A stretch of 64,000 bases of DNA from Candidatus Marinacidobacterium sp. (GTDB taxonomy: Bacteria > Acidobacteriota > Vicinamibacteria > Marinacidobacterales > Marinacidobacteraceae), in assembly GCA_965204755.1 (NCBI GenBank), contig OZ242011.1, positions 2,164,975 through 2,228,974 of the forward strand. The letters run 5' to 3'. The position numbers were made by a program, and so were the translations under genes. Positions 26,437-33,346 of the stretch are shown piece after piece (position 1 is the stretch's first letter; the number at the start of each line of letters is the position of its first letter). The notes beneath the pieces are model-generated. The model searched no databases, was not told the origin of the DNA, and worked only from the letters and a program-made list of their open reading frames with translations.

Positions 26437-28802
26437 TGGCGCCGGCGGCGGGCCGAGCCGGGCCACCGGCGGAAGGATCTGCCGGGCCACCGGCGAAAGG
26501 TCCAGCCGGGCCACCGGCGAACGGCGCTGTCGAGCGGCCCGTCGGGCCGGGCCAGGGGTTGGCCGATGCGCTCGCGGCGGGTCTCACCGAGTCCGATTTC
26601 CGGGAGATCGAGGCCCGCCTCGGGCGCGCGCCGAACGCCGCCGAACTCGGCATGTTCTCCGCCATGTGGTCGGAGCACTGCTCCTACCGGTCCTCCCGAA
26701 GGCATTTGGCGCGCTTCCCCACCGAGTCGCCCCGGGTCCTCGAAGGGCCGGGCGAGAACGCCGGCGCCGTCGAGATCGGCGACGGGCTGGCCGCGGTGTT
26801 CAAGGTGGAGTCGCACAACCATCCCACCTTCATCGAGCCGTACCAGGGCGCGGCCACCGGCGTCGGCGGCATCCTGCGGGACATCTTCACCATGGGCGCC
26901 CGCCCGGTGGCGCTGATGAACTCGCTGCGCTTCGGCCCGCTCGCCGACCGGAACAACCGCCGGCTGTTCGCCGGGGCGGTCGCCGGCATCGCCAACTACG
27001 GGAACAGCATGGGCATCCCCACCGTGGGAGGGGAAGTGGGGTTCGAGGACTGCTACTCGCTGAACCCGCTGGTGAACGCCTTCGCGCTCGGTCTCGCGCC
27101 GGCGGACCGGTTGTTCCGCGCCCGGGCGGAGTCGCCGGGGCATCCGGTGTACTGCGTCGGCGCGAAGACCGGCCGCGACGGCATCCAGGGCGCGGCGATG
27201 GCTTCCGCGGCGTTCGACGACGAAGCGGAGGCCAAGCGCCCCACGGTGCAGGTCGGCGACCCGTTCCTGGAGAAACTCCTGTTGGAGGCCTGCCTCGAAC
27301 TCATGCGGGGCGACGCGCTGGTCGCCGTCCAGGACATGGGCGCCGCCGGGCTGACCTGTTCCACCGCCGAAGTCGCCGCGCGGGGCGGGTGCGGCGTCCG
27401 GGTGGACCTCGACCGGGCGCCGCAGCGCGAAGCGGGGATGTCCGCCTACGAAATCCTCCTCTCGGAGTCGCAGGAGCGGATGCTGTTGGTGGTGCGGCGG
27501 GGGCGGGAGGGCGAGGTGGAGCGGGTCTTCGCCAAGTGGGACCTGGACGCGGCGGCGCTCGGCGAGATCACCGACGACGGACTGCTCCGGGTGACCCACC
27601 GGGGCCAGCCGGCGGCGCTCGCGCCCTGCCGGGCGCTGACCGAGGACGCTCCGCTGGAAGACCGGCCGATGGCCGCGCCGTCTTCGTGGCCCCCGGCGGA
27701 GGTGACCGCCGCCGACCTCGACGAGCCGCGCGACTGGAACGAGGCGGCCCTGCGGCTGGCGGCTTCCCCCGGGCTCGCCAGCCGGCGGTGGGTGTACGAG
27801 CAGTACGACCACATGGTGCGGAGCGACACCGTGGCCCGCCCCGGCGCGGACGCCGGCGTGATCCGCATCAAGGGCTCGCGGCTGGGTGTAGCCATGTCGC
27901 TCGACGGCAACGGCCGCTACGCCGGCGCCGACCCCCGCCGGGGCGGGGCGCTGGCGGTGTCCGAGGCCTGCCGCAACCTGGCGGCGGTGGGGGCGGAACC
28001 CGTGGGGGCGACCAACTGCCTCAACTTCGGCAACCCGGAGAAGCCGGAGGTGATGTGGCAGTTCTCCGAGGCCATAGACGGCATGGGCGAGGCGCTGCGG
28101 GCGCTCGGCGCGCCCATCACCGGCGGCAATGTCAGTTTCTACAACGAGACCGACGACGCCGGAATCCTGCCGACCCCGGTCGTGGGCGTGGTGGGGGTGC
28201 TGCCCGATGTCCGGGCGTTGGTGCGCCAGCACTTCCGGGGACCGGGCGACGCGGCGTACCTGGCCGGAGGAGCGTCCGCCGGCGCTTCTTCCGGCGGCGC
28301 GTCGCCGACCGTCGCGCTCGGCGCGAGCGAGTACCTGAAGGTCATCCACGGCCGGACGGACGGTCGCCCCCCGGCCCCGGCGCTCGAGGCGGAGGCGCGC
28401 CTGGGCGCGTTCCTGCGCGCGGCCGCCGCCGCGGGGATCACCCGCTCGGCCAAGGACCTCTCCGAGGGCGGCCTGTTCCAGGCGGCGGTCGAGTCGGTCT
28501 TCGCCCCCGACGGTGCCCGCTGCGGCGCGTCCCTCTCGCTGGAAACCCCCGACCGGATCGAGGGCCCCCTCTTCGGCGAAGCCCCGGCCCGCGCGCTCGT
28601 CACGGCGGGGGTCGAGGACACGGCGGCCCTGGAGTCTCTGGCCGAGGAGCACGGAACCCCGCTGACCCGCCTCGGGACCACCGGGGGCGATGCGCTAAAC
28701 GTCCGGGCGAACGGCGCCGCCGTGATCCATCTGCCCACGCCCGACCTCTGGGACGCCTTCGGCATGGGCCTGGAACGCGAGATGTCGGGGACGGCGCCGT
28801 GA
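26436..28802 (+). CDS. purL: Phosphoribosylformylglycinamidine synthase subunit PurL
   Basis: ATG 26436 shares one nt with the purQ stop (TGATG). [33 protein letters not shown]. The N-terminus carries an AGPPAxGx x3 insertion. Confidence 0.95.
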   Translation: MAPAAGRAGPPAEGSAGPPAKGPAGPPANGAVERPVGPGQGLADALAAGLTESDFREIEARLGRAPNAAELGMFSAMWSEHCSYRSSRRHLARFPTESPRVLEGPGENAGAVEIGDGLAAVFKVESHNHPTFIEPYQGAATGVGGILRDIFTMGARPVALMNSLRFGPLADRNNRRLFAGAVAGIANYGNSMGIPTVGGEVGFEDCYSLNPLVNAFALGLAPADRLFRARAESPGHPVYCVGAKTGRDGIQGAAMASAAFDDEAEAKRPTVQVGDPFLEKLLLEACLELMRGDALVAVQDMGAAGLTCSTAEVAARGGCGVRVDLDRAPQREAGMSAYEILLSESQERMLLVVRRGREGEVERVFAKWDLDAAALGEITDDGLLRVTHRGQPAALAPCRALTEDAPLEDRPMAAPSSWPPAEVTAADLDEPRDWNEAALRLAASPGLASRRWVYEQYDHMVRSDTVARPGADAGVIRIKGSRLGVAMSLDGNGRYAGADPRRGGALAVSEACRNLAAVGAEPVGATNCLNFGNPEKPEVMWQFSEAIDGMGEALRALGAPITGGNVSFYNETDDAGILPTPVVGVVGVLPDVRALVRQHFRGPGDAAYLAGGASAGASSGGASPTVALGASEYLKVIHGRTDGRPPAPALEAEARLGAFLRAAAAAGITRSAKDLSEGGLFQAAVESVFAPDGARCGASLSLETPDRIEGPLFGEAPARALVTAGVEDTAALESLAEEHGTPLTRLGTTGGDALNVRANGAAVIHLPTPDLWDAFGMGLEREMSGTAP
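26457..26528 (+). repeat. In-frame 24-nt tandem repeat x3 at the 5' end of purL
   Basis: GCCGGGCCACCGGCGGAAGGATCT / GCCGGGCCACCGGCGAAAGGTCCA / GCCGGGCCACCGGCGAACGGCGCT, encoding [24 protein letters not shown]. Confidence 0.9.
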
Positions 28803-28885
28803 CGGGCGCGGGTCGCCGCGCCGCCGGGGGTGTCAGGTTTTGGCGTTTCCCTGCGCGAAATTCCCCTCCGGTCTCCGAAGCCTCC

Positions 28886-30049
28886 ATGGACCCGGCCGTT
28901 GTCCGCACCGAACGTGCGTCGTCTTCCCCGCGTCGTCGCCCATCCTCCGCGCGACTCGATCGGCTGGCGGCTTCGGCGGCGTCAACGGCGCGTTCGACCG
29001 CGGTAGGCGCACTCCCGCCGCGCCGAGTTCATCCCGGTGCGGCAGCCGCGCCGGTCCTGCTTCCCGGAAGGCGGACGCGTCCGTCGGTTCGCCGCTCCGG
29101 CGGCGCCTCGCCTCGCCGCGCGCGGCCGTGGGTGCTGCCCGAGGACTGCCGGGATGCCCTCCCCGAACTTGCGGAGAACAGCGTCGCTCTGGTCTTGACC
29201 GATCCTCCCTACTTCACGGACCGAATGGGCGCGGAATGGGACCTGCGCGCCCTCCGGTCGCGGGTGAAGAACGGGGTCGTCGGCGGCCTGCCGGTCGGTA
29301 TGAAATTCGATCCGAAACAGGGCCGCGACCTCTACGAGTTCCTGCGGCCGATCGCGGAGGAGTGGCGGCGGGTCCTCAAGCCGGGCGGTTTCGCCCTCTG
29401 CTTCTCCCATCCCCGGCTCGCCCACCGCACGACCTCGGCGATAGAGGACGCCGGTTTCGAAATTCGGGACCTGCTCGCCTGGAAGCACGAGGGGCAGGCC
29501 AAGGCGTTCACGCAAGAGCACTTCGTTCGCCGCCGCGACCTCTCCGACCGAGAGAAGGCGCGCATCATCCGCTCGCTCGGCGGCCGCAAGACCCCGCAAC
29601 TCAAGCCGCAGATAGAGATGATCGTCCTGGCGCAGGCGCCGCGCGCAGGGACTTTCGTGGACAACTGGATGGAGTACCGCGCCGGGCTGATCGATGTCTC
29701 CCGCCCGCTCCTCGATCCCGGACGCTTCCCCGGAACCCTGATCCCCTGCCCCAAACCCAAGGAGCGGTTCGGGCACATGACGGCCAAACCCGTCGCCTTG
29801 CTCCGCCACCTCATCCGCATCTTCTCCGCCCCGGGAACGAACTCGGTCGTCCTCGACCCCTTCGCCGGCTCCGGTTCGACCGGAGTGGCCGCCCGCCTGG
29901 AGAAACGCGGCTTCCTCGGCTTCGAGATCGACGCGGCCATGGCGAAGACCGCGACAGAGCGGCTTGCGAAGGAAGCCGACGCGCGTCCACCGCGGCTTCG
30001 GGCTACGAGATCGCGAACTCCGCGGATGAGGAGCCGTAGGCGTCCGTGA
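28886..30049 (+). CDS. Beta-class DNA methyltransferase (N4/N6 methylase domain, DPPY type, probably N6-adenine)
   Basis: Motif IV LVLTDPPYF precedes motif I LDPFAGSGSTGVAA, the circular permutation typical of the beta class. ATG 28886 adds an Arg-rich 80-aa leader, and GTG 29132 is an alternative start. GC is about 63-65%. Confidence 0.8.
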   Translation: MDPAVVRTERASSSPRRRPSSARLDRLAASAASTARSTAVGALPPRRVHPGAAAAPVLLPGRRTRPSVRRSGGASPRRARPWVLPEDCRDALPELAENSVALVLTDPPYFTDRMGAEWDLRALRSRVKNGVVGGLPVGMKFDPKQGRDLYEFLRPIAEEWRRVLKPGGFALCFSHPRLAHRTTSAIEDAGFEIRDLLAWKHEGQAKAFTQEHFVRRRDLSDREKARIIRSLGGRKTPQLKPQIEMIVLAQAPRAGTFVDNWMEYRAGLIDVSRPLLDPGRFPGTLIPCPKPKERFGHMTAKPVALLRHLIRIFSAPGTNSVVLDPFAGSGSTGVAARLEKRGFLGFEIDAAMAKTATERLAKEADARPPRLRATRSRTPRMRSRRRP

Positions 30050-30393
30050 TGTTCCAACTGCCTCCGGCTCCGGAATCCTGCTTGGCGGGAGATGTTGTCG
30101 GCGCGGCGCTTCGTCGCACGGAAGCGATGTGGAAGGCGGCAGGTTTCGGTTTCCGGCCGTACGACCCTCCACAGGCCAAGTACGTCCTCGACACCTTCTT
30201 CACCGAATCCCACGGCGGGCTCGAACTGCTCGACTTCGTCGTCGAGTCCGCGGAAGAGCCGTTCTCGGCGATCCGGATGCGCGTCCGGTACACGGACGAC
30301 GAGGACGGAACCGGTATGACCCGGTGGTTCGTGTGGCGGAAGGCCGACGAGGATTCGAGCGCCTGGGCCTTCCAGGAAGACGAAGGCTGGTGA
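30049..30393 (+). CDS. Hypothetical acidic 114-115-aa protein coupled to the methyltransferase
   Basis: ATG 30049 shares one nt with the methyltransferase stop (TGATG), and GTG 30046 is also possible. Trp/Asp/Glu-rich. No family recognised. It ends 4 nt before purF. Confidence 0.45.
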   Translation: MFQLPPAPESCLAGDVVGAALRRTEAMWKAAGFGFRPYDPPQAKYVLDTFFTESHGGLELLDFVVESAEEPFSAIRMRVRYTDDEDGTGMTRWFVWRKADEDSSAWAFQEDEGW

Positions 30394-30397
30394 CGCC

Positions 30398-31834
30398 GTG
30401 AAGACGGGTGGTTCGCGCCCCGACGCGCCGGATCGGTTCCATGACGAGTGCGGGGTGGTCGGGGTCTGGAATCATCCGGAGGCGGCGCGGCTCGCGTACC
30501 TGGGGCTCTACGCGTTGCAGCACCGGGGGCAGGAAGCGGCGGGGATCGTGGCGGTGTCGCCCTCCGGGCAGTCGCTGAACGAGGTGAACGGTCCCGGACA
30601 TGTCGCGGATGTGTTCGACCGGAAGTCGCTCGACGCGCTCCCGGGGCGGGCGGCCATCGGGCACACCCGCTACTCGACCTCCGGCGAGAACAGCACCGAG
30701 AACATCCAGCCGATCCAGATCGAGTGCAAGTACGGCCAGATCGCGGTCTGCCACAACGGCAACCTGGTCAACGCCCACATCCTCCGGCGGGAACTCGTGG
30801 ACCGGGGCTCCATCTTCCGGACGAGTTCGGACACGGAAGTCCTGGTGCACCTGTTCGCCAAGTCCGGGCAGGCGACGGAACTCGATGCCGTCATCGAGGC
30901 GGTGCGGCAGGCGGAAGGAGCGTTCTCCCTCCTGTTCCTGACCACGAACGCGCTCTATGCGGTGCGCGATCCCCGCGGTTTCCGGCCGCTGCTGCTCGGC
31001 CGGGTGGGCGACGGGCATGTCGTGTGCTCCGAGACCTGCGCGCTCGACCTGCTCGACGCCGAATTCGTCCGCGACATCGAAGCCGGGGAGATGCTGCGGA
31101 TCGACGACGACGGCGTCCATTCCCTCTCCCTCTTCGACGCCAAGCGGATTTCGCAGTGCATCTTCGAGCACATCTACTTCGCGCGCCCGGACAGCCGGGT
31201 GTTCGGGCGCGATGTGTACCGCACGCGCATCGCCCTCGGACACAGTCTGGCGAAGCGCACCGGAGTGGACGCCGATGTCGTGGTGCCGGTTCCCGACTCG
31301 GGCCTGATCGCGGCGATCGGGTATTCGCAGGCGACCGGCATCCCGATGGAGTTCGGGTTCATCCGCAACCACTATGTCGGGCGGACCTTCATCGAACCGC
31401 GCCAGTCCATCCGCAACTTCGGGGTGCGCGTGAAACTCAACCCGGTGCCGGCGGTGCTGAACGGCCGCCGGGTGATCCTCATCGACGACTCCATCGTGCG
31501 CGGAACCACCAGCCGCAAACTGGTGCAGATGGCGCGGAACGCCGGCGCCGCCGAAGTCCACTTCCGGGTCTCGTCGCCGCCGACTACCGGCCCCTGCCAC
31601 TACGGCATAGATACGCCGCTGGAGTCGGAGTTGATCGCCGCCTCCAAGTCCGTCGAGGAGATCCGCGAGTACCTGAACGCGGACAGTCTCGCCTACCTCC
31701 CGCTCGAAGCGCTGGAGGAGTCCGTCGAGGACGAGCCCGACCGCTACTGCATGGCGTGTTTCTCCGGCGACTACCCGCTACCCGTCCCCGAACTCGAACG
31801 CGCCCGAAGCCTCTTCGCGAAGAACCGGACCTGA
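30398..31834 (+). CDS. purF: Amidophosphoribosyltransferase
   Basis: Propeptide followed by the catalytic CGVVGV. PRPP loop VILIDDSIVRGTTS. C-terminal Cys ligands CHYGID...CMACFSG (4Fe-4S type). Confidence 0.95.
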   Translation: MKTGGSRPDAPDRFHDECGVVGVWNHPEAARLAYLGLYALQHRGQEAAGIVAVSPSGQSLNEVNGPGHVADVFDRKSLDALPGRAAIGHTRYSTSGENSTENIQPIQIECKYGQIAVCHNGNLVNAHILRRELVDRGSIFRTSSDTEVLVHLFAKSGQATELDAVIEAVRQAEGAFSLLFLTTNALYAVRDPRGFRPLLLGRVGDGHVVCSETCALDLLDAEFVRDIEAGEMLRIDDDGVHSLSLFDAKRISQCIFEHIYFARPDSRVFGRDVYRTRIALGHSLAKRTGVDADVVVPVPDSGLIAAIGYSQATGIPMEFGFIRNHYVGRTFIEPRQSIRNFGVRVKLNPVPAVLNGRRVILIDDSIVRGTTSRKLVQMARNAGAAEVHFRVSSPPTTGPCHYGIDTPLESELIAASKSVEEIREYLNADSLAYLPLEALEESVEDEPDRYCMACFSGDYPLPVPELERARSLFAKNRT

Positions 31835-31884
31835 TCGTCAAATACCCAGCGGGCCACGGAGACAGGTTGAGCGACGGGAACTCG

Positions 31885-32520
31885 TTATGGTTTCCGCCGA
31901 ACACCGTTCGGTCCGATCCATATTCGGTGTCGGCACGGATCTACGATAGGGCCGTCTCCGAATCTCGACTTGATGCGTAGAGCTGCGAAACTACGAATTA
32001 CCGTGGTGGGAAACTGTTCGCGCAAGCGCGCAACGGTCCCCATGATCGTGGCGCCTCGCCCGAGAACGTCGTCGACGACCGTTATTCGTTCGGGCACGGT
32101 GTCGGATATGCCCCTTATCTCGAGGGAGTCGTAGTGTTCTCGATGTGTGGGGCGCTCACCGGGTGCCGAAAAGGCGGACTTAGGCATGGTGTATGTTCTG
32201 CGTATCAACAGAGACACACTGATTCCGAGTCCATGGTTCTTCAACGCTTCCGCGAGGAGGAGGCCGACCCACTTCTGTTGCTCTCCCCGCCAAGGTACGG
32301 AGCCCGGGACTGGGACAAGTGTCGTCTTGGCGCCAAAGAGATCACGCAGTCCCTCATGTTGTGTCAACGCGACAACTTTTTCAGCCACTTGGTTTATGGC
32401 CCAATCGTGGCCGTTCTTCACGGCACTGCGTATCTGCCGTGACTTGCGTGCGATCTCGCTTGTCTCCTTTGACGAGTAGGCGAGAGCCGTGCCACAGACG
32501 ACCTCAGAGAAGAGACTCAT
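31885..32520 (-). CDS. ComF-type phosphoribosyltransferase-fold protein without the N-terminal zinc finger
   Basis: TLVPVPGS and PRPP-binding loop ITVVDDVLGRGATIMG. Start taken at ATG 32520 (GAGGAA 13 nt upstream), overlapping the upstream gene by 17 nt. The track ORF extends to 32700. Low GC (~57%). Confidence 0.7.
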   Translation of the reverse strand: MSLFSEVVCGTALAYSSKETSEIARKSRQIRSAVKNGHDWAINQVAEKVVALTQHEGLRDLFGAKTTLVPVPGSVPWRGEQQKWVGLLLAEALKNHGLGISVSLLIRRTYTMPKSAFSAPGERPTHREHYDSLEIRGISDTVPERITVVDDVLGRGATIMGTVARLREQFPTTVIRSFAALRIKSRFGDGPIVDPCRHRIWIGPNGVRRKP

Positions 32521-33310
32521 CGACGATCGTTCGTTCCTCAACACTCTCGCACCATCTGGAGACATCCTCTTGGCGAAGCGGTTCAGCACCGTACCGTATC
32601 TGGTCTTCAACCCAATCGATACCACTGGAAGCGAGAGGTTCCAGAATGGCGAGAGGGCGCCCCAGATTGATTGCTTCCCAGCCTTGGTGTTTCGTACCAC
32701 TTGTGGGGCTGGCAGCCACGATTACAGTGGCGTCAGAGAGGATCGCCATGGTGCGATTTCGCATCGCGAAATTTCGCCGCTGGACCGAGGAAGACTCCGG
32801 AAACTGGGAGACCACCAAGTGTTCGGTCGCGATGGTGTGCTGCAACGAAGCGTTGGATGCGGGGTAGGCACGGGAGAGCGGTGTTCCAAGGACGGCCACG
32901 GTCTTTCCGTGGAGTTCGATTGCGGTTTTGTGCGCGACGGTATCGATTCCATCGGCGAGGCCGCTGACCACAGAGATGCCGGCTTGGACGAGACACTCCG
33001 CTACGGATCGAGCGAGAGCCAAGTCCTCTGCACCCGCTCGACGTGAGCCGACGATGGAAATGCGTCGACCTTCTTGCAGCAGCGTGGGGTTTCCCGCGAG
33101 GTAGAGCGCCCGTGGCGCGTTTCGACTCTCGAACCGGTTGAGGGGGCCGAGAAAACTCTCGATCGGAGTAGCGCCGTCCGCCCTGTCGTGAACGGCTGCC
33201 CCGAAGAGCGAAGACGGGGGCGCTTCGCGGGGGCGGCTCATCGGTTCGGCCCTCGGTAGGCCGTCCGAAGCAAGCCGGACAGCCCGCTGTCGGGACGAAG
33301 GCGTGCCCAT
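32504..33310 (-). CDS. DprA/Smf-like Rossmann (SLOG superfamily) protein, core domain only
   Basis: ISIVGSRRAG, SGLADGIDTVAHKTAIE, VAVLGTPLSRAYPASN, FAMRNRTMAILSDATVIVAASPTSGTKHQ. An alternative start at ATG 33241 has a better GAGGG site. No SAM-like N-terminal or winged-helix C-terminal extension. Confidence 0.75.
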   Translation of the reverse strand: MGTPSSRQRAVRLASDGLPRAEPMSRPREAPPSSLFGAAVHDRADGATPIESFLGPLNRFESRNAPRALYLAGNPTLLQEGRRISIVGSRRAGAEDLALARSVAECLVQAGISVVSGLADGIDTVAHKTAIELHGKTVAVLGTPLSRAYPASNASLQHTIATEHLVVSQFPESSSVQRRNFAMRNRTMAILSDATVIVAASPTSGTKHQGWEAINLGRPLAILEPLASSGIDWVEDQIRYGAEPLRQEDVSRWCESVEERTIVDESLL

Positions 33311-33346
33311 CGTTGTTCGGGATTCTAGGCGACGAGTGCGACGGGC

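Noticed and set aside
30049-30393. The 115-aa ORF as the restriction endonuclease partner of the beta-class methyltransferase
   Set aside because: It is smaller than any type II endonuclease I know of (about 150 aa and above), strongly acidic, and has no PD-(D/E)xK, HNH or GIY-YIG pattern visible.
31885-33310. Reading the DprA-like and ComF-like genes as the ordinary natural-competence genes, or the PRTase as a purF paralogue
   Set aside because: Both proteins lack the accessory domains of the competence versions. They overlap each other, sit in a low-GC patch and have no com neighbours. The PRTase lacks the glutaminase domain and Fe-S ligands of PurF. This is kept as a finding rather than a housekeeping call, but the competence reading is not formally excluded.
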